NCBI GenBank assembly: GCA_951406725.2 | Contig: OX597814.1 | Coordinates: 159,526,001-159,590,000 of the forward strand | Length of the DNA: 64,000 bases | Source of the DNA: Octopus vulgaris | Taxonomy: Eukaryota | Direction of reading: 5' to 3' | Shown: positions 48,395 to 61,447 of the stretch, piece after piece | Position numbering within the stretch: position 1 is the first letter of the stretch | Layout of the letters: each line of letters starts with the position of its first letter | Notes under the pieces: generated by a model | What the model was told of the DNA's origin: nothing | Databases searched by the model: none | What the model saw: only the letters and a program-made list of their open reading frames with translations | Translations under genes and position numbers: made by a program

Positions 48395-49354
48395 TATGTA
48401 CGTACGTACGTACGTACGTATGTATGTATGTATGTATGTATGTATGTATGTATGTATGTATGTATTATTTATTTATGTATGTATGTATGTATGTATGTAT
48501 GTATGTATGTATGTACGTATGTATGTATGTATTATGTATGTATGCATGATATTTCATTAAGTTTTAAGTCCTTCTTTAGAGAGTTCAAGCCAGTCGCTAA
48601 CAAAGCGACAAGATTGTTTGAGTTAAGAGAGTTCCCGCTGTTTGTAAATATGTGGTTGAGTTGGTGTGTTGGTCAACTATCGATGCATACACCCAAGTGG
48701 GTGCATATATTCATCTAAAGAATCTCAGCTGGAAATCTTTGGAATATCTTACAAATATTCACTGTACCACTAATAGATTGGATTCGGAGAATCCACGCCA
48801 GCTTCTTTTGCATTTTCTTAAAAAAAAAAACCTTGTATTTCTTTTTTTTTCTTGTAATTTGTTGGTACGTAGCCTATTTTATCTATGATGAGAGGTACAA
48901 ATGAGAATTTATAGTCAGGGTACAAGTGTTGTAAGTTCCTTTTTAATTCACCATATGTATGTACGTATGTATGTATGTATGTATGTATGTATGTATGTAT
49001 GTATGTATGTATGTATGTATGTATGTGTGTGTGTATGTGTGTGTGTGTATGTAGGTATGTATGTATGTATATATGTATATATGTATGTATGAATGTATGC
49101 ATGCATACATGTCTGTCTGTCTGTCTGTCTGTATGTATGTATGTGAGCGTGCATGTATGTGAATATTCAGTTTATTTCAGGATTTCTTGCCAATAGAGAA
49201 AGAACTGGTTTCTAACCTAGATCCAAGGCTCCTTCATTAGAATTTCAGCATCAACAACAGGGTATTTTTGTATGTATGTATGTATGTATGTATGTATGTA
49301 TGTATGTATGTATGTATGTATGCATGTATGTATGTATGTATGTACGTACGTATG

Positions 49355-49388
<34 letters not shown>

Positions 49389-49442
49389 TGTATGTATGTA
49401 TGTATGTATGCATGTATGTATGTATGTATGTGCGTACGTATG

Positions 49443-49474
<32 letters not shown>

Positions 49475-49545
49475 TGTATGTATGTATGTATGTATGTATG
49501 TATGTATGTATGTATGTATGCATGTATGTACGTATGTATGTGCAG
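48395..49545. repeat. Three (TATG)n tracts in the reflectin intron
   Basis: Direct read: about 48395-48545, 48955-49160 and 49268-49540. Confidence 0.95.
48550..48955 (-). mobile_element. 3' fragment of an RLE-type non-LTR element embedded in (TATG)n
   Basis: YGELKRNLQHLYPDYKFSFVPLII..GYV resembles the end of an RLE domain (Y..L..P.I.G..G) of R4/NeSL/CRE-like elements. Confidence 0.5.
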
Positions 49546-52181
49546 TATTTTCGGTTTTAATTCTTCCCACTAAGAAGTTAGTTCTGACAAAGAAAGAAAG
49601 CTTAATCGCTGGAATTGGATACCCAGAAAGGTGCTAAACGCTGAACTCTAGAAAATTCTTGCATATGTTTACTGCTCTGTTTACACATTGTGTTTGTAAG
49701 GTGCATGCTAATTGGTTACTTTGTTTACCTGAAAATGATAGTTTTCAAGAATGAAACATTTACTAACATAACCAAATGCACCAATAATGATTATACGATG
49801 TAAATGTGAATTTATAATAAGGTTTGAGAAGTTGCAAGTTTTGAAGCAGTTGCCTACAAATATTCTCCTTGTCACTGATTAGGGATAAGATGTTCACACG
49901 TTGATATCTGCTGATATCAACGACCAAACATAATTTCTCCTTCCTGCGTATGTGTATTTATTGTGTGTGTGTGTGTGGAGGGGTGTGTGAACGTGCATGT
50001 GCATATATCAAAATGCAGCAAAAGAAAGCAAATGTGTCTAGTTCATTTTAAATAAAATTTTAAAATATCTTTCGTTCAAAATAGAAACTGCACAAACTCA
50101 AAATACAAACCAAATCATAAAAAAAAAATGGATGCATCTTTTGTGTATGAAACGTCACTCAAATTTAAATTACTAAAACAACAAGCTTTGTTAAATAAAT
50201 ATGCACACAATATCATAAAAACATAATGATTATCTATAACTATAGCTCTAAAAATGACCATTACCCTATGAAAATCGATCGAATTAATTGCAAATAATTT
50301 ATATAGGTTTTTAAGGCTACATTCACGGACTAGTTTACATTAGACAATATTGCCTACAACGATATACTGTAGATCAAAGGAATTTGAAACGCGATCCTCA
50401 AACTTATTATGTGTGGTTCCCGAGATGATTTTGGCTTTCAGTGTTACTTTTCCTAAAGCAGCCTTGACATCCTGCCAGCTGTGGAACTGAAGACTTGATA
50501 GAAGCCTTTGCAGTGATTAGGAGTCCAAACGCGAAAAAAGCAGTTCACGGACTTGATTAAGCCACAATCGCATCATACAACTTTCACAAGAACAACCTAA
50601 AAATCGACCAATCAGCTTGAAGCTATCGTGTGAACAGCATCTCGAATGTTCTCGAATGTTTTTTCCTACTTTAGCAGGTTGGCCTATCACAGTAGAGCGT
50701 TGTTGGTATTCAGCCAGGACAAAAATCGGTTTTCATCTTAACGTGCGGCGGACACACATCTTTTGTCATTGGTTTTTCAGATAGCAAATAGCCGAACAAA
50801 CGCAGTTAAGTCAGTTCTTACATATTATTCGGATAACCAGTGAAACATTGATAATTTATGTACGATACGTGTACAATCTTCTCTTAATAAAAATATGTTG
50901 TTAAACATTTGCGAGTTTGCTTTTGTGGACATATATGCAGCCAGTCTGATCTTACATTCAGTTAATAAAGATACAACATCAATCTTTCTCACGACAACTC
51001 GTTCCCATAAAGATTATAAAGATTGGTGACTCACCGAAGAAAGATCTACAACGAACAACAACAGGACCCCTTCAATGAGCAATCATTAATCAATATACTT
51101 AAGTAAGATTGTAGTCATATATATTCTTTTCCTAAATATAATTTAAGAAATATTTTTGTGGATTTTAAGTACAAAAAAATGCCACATATGTCTCGTATCT
51201 AAAACTCGCCCATTTCTGCTATAGATTATGATACCAGGGACAATTTGAATGTTAACTGAAATATTAAAATGGCAGGAGGAATATTTTATTTTATATTGCA
51301 ATTGGTGAAAAATAGTGTCACTAGTTACATGCTTCCAACAGGATATTCATTGGGCCAATGAAATTCCGACATTTTTGCATATAATTATTTATGATAATAA
51401 AGTTATAATTACCTCCACGAACCACACACACACACACACATACACACACAGAGAAAGAAATAAAAACTCTAAAGAAAGCATTCGATAGTACGACTTGGTC
51501 AGCTAATATGTCAATTTATTGCAATTATTTCTTAATTGTCTTCTGCGTGTTTTCTACTGTGAATTGAAAGGAAGTTTGTAAAATTAAAGAAACACAAGGA
51601 AAATGAGATTTGATGCCAATACGAAAGTAAATACTGTTTAGCAAAATCTTCACCTCTTCTGGGTCCACACCATCAACATTGCACATTAGAAGGCAAAAAT
51701 ATAAAGCTCCAATACGCAATACGTTAAAGAATGAATATAGAAATCACCGAACACGTTCTAAGCTTTCATATATTTGTATTTTGTAAAGATTAGAGATTTT
51801 ACCTATTATTATTCTTGTATGTTTAAGTGGCTAACGTGTATAATTAATGAATAGCACATAGTTATAAATTAGTAGCTATGAAATTAATCTGAAATGAAAA
51901 TGAATTGAAACTGGAGAACAGCTATGTATGAAAAAAAATGCAAATTAGAACTGAATATTTGCAAAATGTAAAGAATATAATAATTTTATACTGAATTATT
52001 GTAACTGAATTAATAACAAAATAAAGGAATATGCTTTATAATATAATCAAAGACAAAAGATAGATATAAACTAGCACAGAAACGGTAAAACATAGAAAAT
52101 ATATATCAGTTACTAAGAGAAGAAACATTTGGAACAATTAGCACTGTATTACTATTAGTAATTGTAATCAAATTGTCTCAC

Positions 52182-52243
52182 CTTAAGAAGAGCCGAAGTT
52201 TCTCAATCGAGATGACGAGTAACAGAACACTTGTTCTTGGAAT
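52182..52243 (-). other. Putative non-coding exon 1 of reflectin
   Basis: Starts at Inr TCATTC (A+1 = 52243), contains no ATG, ends at donor AAG|GTGAGA (52182/52181). Confidence 0.65.
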
Positions 52244-52274
52244 GATTTAGGAAAGATATTTTCCACTTTATATA
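52240..52274 (-). promoter_or_regulatory. TATA box plus initiator core promoter
   Basis: TATATAAAG begins at 52274, exactly 31 nt upstream of the A of TCATTC (TCAKTY Inr consensus). Confidence 0.65.
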
Positions 52275-52596
52275 TCTTTACAACGATAATTAAAATGCTG
52301 TGGCAGATTAATTAGTTAATTATATAAGAAGTATTTAACAAGTGTATGTTTAATGACTAGCTAAACTTAGTAATTTGATTAACTTTCATAAAAAATGAAA
52401 CAAAATATTTTTTTTTTTTAATATTACAAAGAACGCTGTATTTTTTGTATATGGCAAAGATATTTTCAGTTTTTATTCTGAACGTTGAATGTTTCATATT
52501 TTATTTAGTAATCTTTATTGCTGAAATAGATCGTTCTTATTGATATAACTGGTTTTACAATTAGTGTCATCCACTTTAAATATTTCACATATTTAC

Positions 52597-53270
52597 GGAG
52601 GATCGTAGTTTCGATTCCCAGACCGGGCGTTGTGTGGGTTTATTGAGCGAAAACACCTAAAACTCCACGAGGCTCCGGCAGGGGGTAGTGGTGACACCTG
52701 TTGTACAAAATGGCAATGCTCCAGCATGGCCACAGCTCGTGAGCTGAAACTAGATAAAATTTAAAAAAAACCCTCAAAAATATACCTTAACTAATCATGT
52801 TTGTATTAAGGTAAAAAAAATAACTGTATCCTTATCAATATTCGGAAGACCGCGGTTTCGATTCCCAGACCGGGCGTTGTGTGGGTTTATTGAACGAAAG
52901 CACCTAAAACTCCGTGAGGCTCCGACAGGGAGTAGTGGCGACCCCTGTTGTACAAAATGGCAATGCCCCAGCATGGCCACAGCTCGTGAGCTGAAACCAG
53001 ATAAAATAAAACAAAAAAACTCGAAAATATACCTTAACTAATCATGTTTGTATTAAGGTAAAAAAAATAACTGTATCCTTATCAATATTCGGAAGACCGC
53101 GGTTTCGATTCCCAGACCGGGCGTTGTGTGGGTTTATTGAACGAAAGCACCTAAAACTCCGTGAGGCTCCGGCAGGGGGTAGTGGCGATCCCTGTTGTAC
53201 AAAATGGCGGTGCCCCAGCATGGCCACAGCCCGTAAGCTGAAACTAGATAAAATAAAAAATAAAATAAAA
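52597..53270 (+). repeat. Tandem triplication (247-bp period) of a truncated SINE plus flank
   Basis: tcgattcccagaccgggcgttgtgtggg at 52611, 52858 and 53105; each unit ends in ccagcatggccacagc..gctgaaac. Confidence 0.92.
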
Positions 53271-53631
53271 TTTAAAAAAATATAAGACGAAGAGAATAAT
53301 AGGTTTATTTTCCAATTTAGTTGCAATACAATCATAGTATCCTAAGAAATACATTCGTCTTGCTTTTACAATGCATAATATTCAACATTTTATGGAAATA
53401 AATTATATTAAAGATATGATTTTTAACCACTTTATGCTTCTTCTGGACCGGCTTCATTCATAGAAGAAAAATGGTTTCAACTGAAATTGTAACTGTTGTA
53501 ACATTGTTCCAATTAGTATCTGACATACAAAATAGTTATGACTAGTTTATACACCTTTAAATAATAGGGTGAATTTTACATTGATAACAGATATACTTAT
53601 CAGTGGTCAAGAAATAGTTGTGTGTTACCAA

Positions 53632-55802
53632 CACAGGCAAACAAATATACTTTCAAACAAAACATAAGAAGCTTAGATATTTTACGAAATCTTATTAAAT
53701 ACATAAAGCAAGTTTGCATGCCTTTTTATGTGTAAATGTCTACATAAGTTTTTAAAGCTGATTTCGGCTCTGTTATTAGATTTTTTCCCATCACATCTAG
53801 TTTTTCAGTAATAAAGTTTTTTTTTGAAATTATGGTATCAGAGAATCAGATGACAGTGACTATCTGATTTATTTTGCTCAACAAAATAGATCGCTATAAA
53901 CCAATGCTGACCAAATATTAGTAAAAGTAAAATAGCAGCCAATGTAAAGTTTATTAAACAGTTGTTGGCAACTCTGACAGACGACGTGGGCCTTGAAAAG
54001 CTGTGTACACGATTGCTAACTCATGCTTTAGTTTTGTTTTAGTAGTTCTAGAGGTAAGTCGTTGGTGATATTTACTTATAAACTCCATTTAAAATGAATG
54101 CATATAGATATAATCCAGACATATTCTGCTATATTAGTGGCAGATATGTTGTCATCAAGCAGAAACAAAACACAACTGATCTTGTAAAAAATCTATATTT
54201 TGCTTATTTGGGTGTAAACTCGGTGATGAAGACAAACCTTGGGGTCCACACAAAGTATATCACATTTGTGTGGAAGGGCTGAGATTCTGAAAAGCCGGTA
54301 AGAAAAAAGAAATGCCCTTTGGCATACCGATAGTGTGGCGAGAGCCGAGTAACCACGCTGACGATTGTTATTTCTACGTTAGTAAAGTTGATGCGTATAG
54401 TGCAAAAAATAAACATAAGATAGTGTATTATAGTATTCCTTCAGTTATACGGCATATAGCATATGGGGTTGACATTCCAGTTCCTCTCCTCCACTTGCTT
54501 TGAAGAATGTCACATCAGATAGTATCGAAGAAGGTAATGACTGCACTCCTGACAAAATCGAAAGTCCGAAGTTATTTAACAGGAAGAGCTCAATGATTTG
54601 GGGAGAGATTTGAACTTAGCAAAGGATGCAGCGGAACTTCTTGGTTCTAGACTAAAAAATGAAAAAAAGCTTTTGTTACCGGGAACCTTCTTCTCTTGGT
54701 ATCATCACAGGGAACATGAATTGTTACCATTCTTTGCTGAGGATGAATCAGTAGTGCTTTGCTATAATATTCCAACCCTGCTAAACTATTTTGAGATCGA
54801 GAGCAATCCCTCAGAACGGCGGCTATTCACTGATTCCTCCCATGTAAATGGGACAGCAGAGCTAAAGAAAAGCACTGGATGGTTAAAAACTGGCCACAAA
54901 GGAAAAGTTTGTTACCTGGATCCAAAAGCAGTCAGCATGAGCCATTGATTGAATCTACAAAAGTACTGCGACCACCTTTGCACATCAAACTGGGTTTGAT
55001 GAAACAGTTCGTTAAATCTTTGCCTGCAGACGGACCATGTTTGCAGTATCTATCAAAAAATTCCCAAATACAACCAGTGAGAAAATTAAAGCAGAAATAT
55101 TTGTGGGTCCAGATTATGAGAAATCTATGAATGAATCTCAAAAACAGGCATGGGTGAGCTTCAAGTATGTTGTCGAGAACTTTTTTGGGAAACAATAAGT
55201 GTCCAAATTACAAAGTCATAGTTGATACAATGTTACAAAATTTGAGTGCAACATGAATGTTAAAATGCACTTTCTTCACTCACACCTTGACTATTTCTCG
55301 GAGTACCTTGGTAATCTAAGTGAAGAGCACGGTGAGAGATTTCACTAGGACATTAAAGAAATGGAACGGAGGTACCAAGGGGGTGGAATGTAAACATTAT
55401 GGTGGAGTGCTGCTAGACCATAAAGAGAGACTGTAAGCAACTACCAAAAGCTGGAAGAAAATGAAAGTAAAAGAAGTTTGAAAAATAGTAAAATTAATTT
55501 AAAGCCATGGTATGTGCATTAAAAAATATATTTAGTCAATATATAGGCCTACATACTACTCATATCTTTTTTATTATTGTTCTATATCATTTGTTCTTAA
55601 CTTCATCATACCTTTATCTAAAAGTTTGCTACTAAATAGAATGAATGGCAAGAAAAATCATGTCTTTGGCAGCCATTTGTACAAACTCTGTACATGATAG
55701 GCAAAAACTAAAAGCATATTTGAAATCAGCGTTAGCAAATGGTTCAGAATCACCTATAAGTAGACAAATATCGTTTACTTCATTTAAAAATGAAGACTTG
55801 TG
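53632..55802 (+). mobile_element. Chapaev3-like (CMC) DNA transposon with decayed transposase (about 54094-55480)
   Basis: NPDIFCYI.G, MPFGIPIVWREPSNHADDCYF, ELNDL.RDLNL.K..AELLGSRLK, PPLHIKLGLMKQFVK and HFLHSHLDYF..EEHGERFH motifs; CAC...GTG ends. Superfamily assignment is from memory. Confidence 0.7.
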
Positions 55803-56971
55803 AATCATAACTACTAATTTCTGTTATTGGGCATTTTAATGAATGAAATGGAATCCCACTACTTTTAAGTCAAGAATAGTTACTGAGTTAATAAATAACT
55901 GACCGGATTAGAATACATTATTGAATACATGTGACAGGAATATAACACAAACATGAATATCCATGTTGTAAACATGGCTCACCTGCACAACCACACAGCA
56001 AGCAGGCAGACAATATAGTCATGCCAATACAATGAGGTACAATGGAGATATCTGATCTGAAATTTCAGAGGCACACGGTGAGAAGATGATGCACGTAGTC
56101 AAAGACTTTGCATACTGATGTTATCAAGGAAGAGTTAACACTGATAAGTGACCAAACATAGCTTGTTTGTCAGTGTGTCATAGATGTGGCTTAACTACAA
56201 CCGTGGAGTTTAGAAAGGACATTTGGAAGGAGCATATTGTGGCTTAATTGTCGAATGTTTAAGGAGTTCACTCAGTTACCTCGAAGGCCCGGGTCTGATT
56301 ATGTGACATTTTGGGAAACTGCCTTTTTCTACAGTCTCAAATTGAAACCAAGTCTTATGAGCGAAATTATATAGGCAAAACCATATGGAAGTCTACAGTC
56401 CATCATCCTGTTTCTGCCCAAGGAGTACGTTAGAAATACAGGAGTCTGTAGAAGATTTAAAGTTTGGTCAATTGAACTGCAATTCAAAGAGTAGATGGTT
56501 CTGCCGATCGAACAACTAGATATTCATCGTTGAAACCAATAAATAACCATTCATTTCACAGTGGTATTCTTCGTAAGACAATAAATGGATGTATCCATAA
56601 CATTTGCAAACAACAGCTTCTTGCAAAAACATAAAAGGGAAATGAAAAAATAAATGTCAAATGTCATAGTAAAAAAAGAGCAGTCATTAGGGCAATTATA
56701 CAGGAGACGTGAGGACTGTGTAGGCTTGCAATACAAACAGTATAATACAATCAATTGCTCAGCTATATCAAAAGATCACTTTCTGAAGATAAGCACGTAT
56801 CTTTGCATTACTTATTATACAACAGTCGTCGGACACTAATAATCTGTTTACAAGATGTAGTCATGTCCATAACATAATCCAACAATGTAGAAAGAATAAA
56901 ACAGGACAAACTAAAATATCGTAACAGCTGCTACTCTGAAAACATTTTAACATGACACCACCGTTTACACA

Positions 56972-57190
56972 TACGAGGGGATACTGAAAAGTTCCTGGCT
57001 TTGAGTGAAAGAAAATACAGGAGGATCAATTAATTATGATTTTATTAAACATATTCCCCTCCCAGATTCACACATTTATTGCAGCGGCTTTTCAATTTTT
57101 CGAAGCCCTGTGAAAGAACTCAGAAGGTTGAAGCTCCAGCCAGGCCTTTCGCGACACCCTTAAAGCCAGGAACTTTTCAGCACCCATCAT
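56972..57190. mobile_element. Mariner-derived MITE
   Basis: TIRs tacgaggggatactgaaaagttcctggcttt and aaagccaggaacttttcagcacccatcata. Confidence 0.88.
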
Positions 57191-57824
57191 ATTCTTTGAA
57201 AAAGAACTTGTTTATTAGTAGGTTTGGCTATTTGGTTATCGCAAAATCAGATATTACTGCTATCGTACACAGAGTTTCCAGAACATTAAATATCCAGTTG
57301 TAAATATTGGGGTAAAAGTAGTCTTTGTTATTTATGTGGTCGTTCAAATCGAAAAATAAAATGTATTTTGGCAGACTTACTCATATATGATAATATTTAT
57401 TACTCCTGAAGAATGTAGAAGTAAAGAAATGCGTCAGTTGTTACACATCAAAGTTTGGTGACTCAGAATTAATCACAAAGTAGAATGAAGTAGAAAAAAG
57501 GATTGCATAAATGTTTGGTTGCTGAATCTAACAATAATATTCACTTGTATTATCTCTATTTCTGAGAGAATATTGGCTGAATGTAATAGGATTTGTTTGT
57601 TGTTATTGATTACACCTCGAGAAGTTATGTATTTTTGCATGAAGTAATATACGCGTTGCTATTGATTTCTCTCCAGATTTTAAAACTTAAAACGGTCTTG
57701 ATTTACATTTTTTCATTGTTTTTGTCTGATTGAAATCGGCAAGACTAACACAATCACTCATTGAACACTACGTACCATCACATACAGATTTTTTGTAGAA
57801 TTTGAAAATGTTCTTTTCTACCCT

Positions 57825-58382
57825 AGGCACAAGGCTTGAAATTTTGGGGGAGGGGGCCAGTCGATTACACCGACCCCAGTGCGCAACTGGTACTTAATTT
57901 ATCGACCCCGAAAGGATGAAAAGCAGAGTCGACTTCGGCGGAATTTGAACTCAGAACGTAAAGACGGACGAAATACCTATTTCTTTACTACCCACAAGGT
58001 GCTAAACACAGAAGGAACAAACAAGGACAGACAAACGGATTAAGTCGATTATATCGACACCAGTGCGTAACTGGTACTTATTTAATCGACCCCGAAAGGA
58101 TGGAAGGCAAAGTCGACCTCGGCGGAATTTGAACTCAGAACGTAGCGGCAGACGAAATACCTATTTCTTTACTACCCACAAGGGACTAAACACAAAGAGG
58201 ACAAACAAACGGATTAAGTTGATTATATCGACACCAGTGCGTAACTGGTACTTATTTAATCGACCCCGAAAGGATGAAAGGCAAAGACGACCTCGGCAGA
58301 ATTTGAACTCAGAACGTAACGGCAGACAAAATACGGCTGCGCATTTCGCCCAGCGTGCTAACGTTTCTGCCAGCTCGCCGCC
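57825..58382 (-). mobile_element. tRNA-derived SINE trimer
   Basis: Three tandem bodies (cgaccccgaaaggatg at about 57903, 58087 and 58261) and one head ending at 58382. Confidence 0.92.
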
Positions 58383-58923
58383 TAATGAATGTATATGATA
58401 TTGGAAATATACATGGTGAGTTTTGCTTTGTGTTAATTGCAAAATGGTTGAAATTTGAATAAATTTAGCAATGTTTATTGTTAAATAGAGAGGAGATGAA
58501 TGATTGTTAATTCCTACGGAATTAAAGCAAAACTGCAAATAAGGATGCAGAATTCAAAGATTTGGGGATTAAAGATTAGGAAATAGGAAGAGGTAGTAAT
58601 ATTCGTTGACATTCTTGGTAGAAATCGTCCGATTACATGACATCAAATAGAAAGAGTTGATCCACAATACTTGTGTATTCTCTTGATGGTCATTTCATAT
58701 AAATTTTGTTTGCGGGTGAAATCCTCAAGATGAAGACGATGGCTTTTTTTTTTAGTTGTTGTCTATATTATTGCTTTTTTTAGTTGTCTATTTTATTGCT
58801 TTTACGGTAGAGATGAACTTTCAGTAAATTATTCCAAAATTATTTAGTTTGTGAGCCTTGTAGTGGTGGTTGATGTTCAGTGACATATTGAGAAAGATTG
58901 CTTCAATTGCTTATGCTGGATGT

Positions 58924-59120
58924 TCGAGGAGTGCTGAAAATTTCCAGGCTTTAAATGTGTCATAAAAGGCCTGGTCGGAGGCCCAATCTTCCGAATTCTT
59001 GTTCAGGGATTAGAAAAACCGAAGGACCTTTGTAACAAGTGAATGAATCTGAGAGGGGAATATGTTCAATAAAATCACTTTTCTCTTACCCAAAGCCAAG
59101 AACTTTTCAATATCCCTTTG
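58924..59120. mobile_element. Older copy of the mariner MITE in opposite orientation
   Basis: gaggagtgctgaaaatttccaggcttt...aaagccaagaacttttcaatatcccc. Confidence 0.75.
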
Positions 59121-59250
59121 CAAATAAAATATATTTTCTGTCATGAGTGACTTTCATACATTTGACAAAGTATCGGAATTCTTTGATATTTTGTCAGAGT
59201 TTGAAATGTTGTGATGAAGTAGTAATCAGATTTAATATTTATCGATATTA

Positions 59251-59445
59251 AGACGGCAATGTGCTCGAATCGTTAGCACGCCGGACAAAATGCTTAGCAT
59301 TTAATTTAGAGATTTAATTCCGCCGAGGTCGACTTTGCATTTTTATCCTTTCGGATGAAGTAAGTACCAGCTGAACACTGGGGTAGATGTAATCGACTTG
59401 TCCGTTCCCCGAACTTGCTGATCTTGTGCCAAAATTTGAAATTAA
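59251..59445 (+). mobile_element. tRNA-derived SINE
   Basis: gaatcgttagcacgccggacaaaatgcttagc..attccgccgaggtcgactttgc. Confidence 0.8.
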
Positions 59446-60416
59446 TATTTACCGATATGGTAATATTATTTAAACAGTGACGTGTACGTAACCATTGTGC
59501 AACACTGTAAAGAATGCTGTTTGAGAGAGTTTGATCGTATCAGTAAGTCTATCAACTGTAAACTATTGGATGAACTAAGTGGTAAGAGAAACGTTGAACG
59601 TGTGAGAAATTAGACTAAGCAGTTGAAAAAGTCACATCATTTCCTTTGAGTAAGATACCAGCATCAGGTATCTTAGAGTTACCTGATGCAGGTAAGATTT
59701 TCGTAATTCTGCTCTAGCTGAGAGTAGGTACCAATCACAAGATAAGGAATAAAAATATCTTGAATATGTTAACTGAAGGAATAGCTTTCCAAGATGTCCC
59801 ATAAGAACTCTGAGACCAAGTTATTTGTCTACGAGTTGAAATGGTAAGATTTTGCATTTTTACAAAAAATTGTTACATTTATTCAGGCATACCTATTGTT
59901 TGAAAGTATAGAAGCAGAGACCATATTAACAATGAAAACAAGCAATAAATTAGATCATTAACAGATTTTACTAGCCCTGTTTGACCTCCAATCTTTCCAC
60001 AGTAAACCACAATAAACCGCAATAATATAAAACGACACACTTTACATTATCACAGGTTGAACGTATGTGGAATAGATTTTGTCGCCGCAGCAAAATTTAA
60101 ACCTTACAAAACCTGCAACCAGATGAAATGTCATTTCCAAACAACTAAATACATATGAAACACTATAGAATATTACTATTACAAGTCAGTGTTAGCGCCT
60201 CAATGTGAATGCTCGACCGGTTAGAAATAACAGACAAATCTGCATCACCTTATCGTCTTGAAAAAAAAAAGAGAGAAAAAAGAAAAAAATGACACTTTAA
60301 ATAATGTTGTTCTGGGTTCCCTGCACATAGTAAAATGGCGGAATGATGATGGTCTGAATACCTTTGATTATAGGTCTGCTTAAGCAGCAACAATAGCTGC
60401 AACAGCAACAGCAGCA

Positions 60417-60497
60417 ACCACTACGCTATATGCCCGCGGTAAAGAGCGCGGGCTACTAACCCCAAGGATTCCGAGTTTGATTCCAGGCAGTGAACTG

Positions 60498-60561
<64 letters not shown>

Positions 60562-60573
60562 ATAATAATAATA

Positions 60574-60641
<68 letters not shown>

Positions 60642-60683
60642 AATAATGATAGCAATAATAATAATAATAATAATAATGATAAT

Positions 60684-60756
<73 letters not shown>

Positions 60757-60920
60757 TCGAAAAATACCTTAGGAATGAGAACTTTCCCCAAGACATCTAA
60801 TGAAGGCTGGTGGGTATATCAGCCGAAACGTTGTGCTAACAACAAACAAGATGAGGACAAATATCCATCAAATGTAAATAATGTAAATAATGTACATAAT
60901 TCCTCATCTCTTAAATATAT
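60417..60920 (+). mobile_element. tRNA-headed hammerhead-containing short element with expanded internal microsatellite
   Basis: Head agagcgcgggctactaaccccaag..gagtttgattccaggcagtga; (ACT)n(AAT)n(GAT)n(AAT)n; then aagacat ctaatga a ggctg..cagcc gaaacgtt gtgct and the same 3' end as the 1005-1293 copy. Confidence 0.78.
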
Positions 60921-61061
60921 AAATGTAAAAGAATATATATAAAGAAATTATGTAATGCTTTATAATTTCTTTATATATCATAGCTTTCTTTGTTCTATAT
61001 TTTTGGAGCTGCATGTAAACATACATATCAAGCCAAATTTATGTTTATCTTCCTGAATGCC

Positions 61062-61064
<3 letters not shown>

Positions 61065-61093
<29 letters not shown>

Positions 61094-61219
61094 TGTATGT
61101 ATGTATGTATGTATGTATGTATGTATGTATGTATGTATGTATGTATGTATGTATGTATGTATGTATGTATGTATGTATGTATGTATGTATGTATGTATGT
61201 ATGTATGTATGCATGTATG

Positions 61220-61252
<33 letters not shown>
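61065..61252. repeat. (TATG)n(TA)n microsatellite
   Basis: Direct read. Confidence 0.95.
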
Positions 61253-61260
<8 letters not shown>

Positions 61261-61447
61261 GAGTGTATTTTACCTTGTTAACAATTAACACGGATAAATG
61301 AATGAATAGTTACCAGGGCAGCAAAAATCTCACAAGTAAAGATGTTGTAACTCCTTGTTTATAAAGGTTGAAACTTCGTGTTTACGTTGAATATTTGAAT
61401 AATAGGAATAAAAAATGGAGTTAACGCAGGTTTAAACAAGTATTTTT

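Noticed and set aside
50330-50900. GC-richer intronic stretch as an extra reflectin exon
   Set aside because: No reflectin motifs or open frame; weakly resembles a decayed mariner fragment but too degenerate to call
52597-53270. Regularly spaced repeats as a CRISPR-like array
   Set aside because: Units are 247 bp with identical spacers and SINE features; eukaryotic context with no cas genes
55982-56055. Minus-strand segment bounded by tttcag| and |gtgagc as a possible upstream exon
   Set aside because: Overlaps what looks like a decayed plus-strand mariner 5' region (SEAHGEKMM..QGR); no other support
59661-59689. 10-bp perfect hairpin gcatcaggta/tacctgatgc
   Set aside because: Isolated short inverted repeat, plausible by chance or as TE debris
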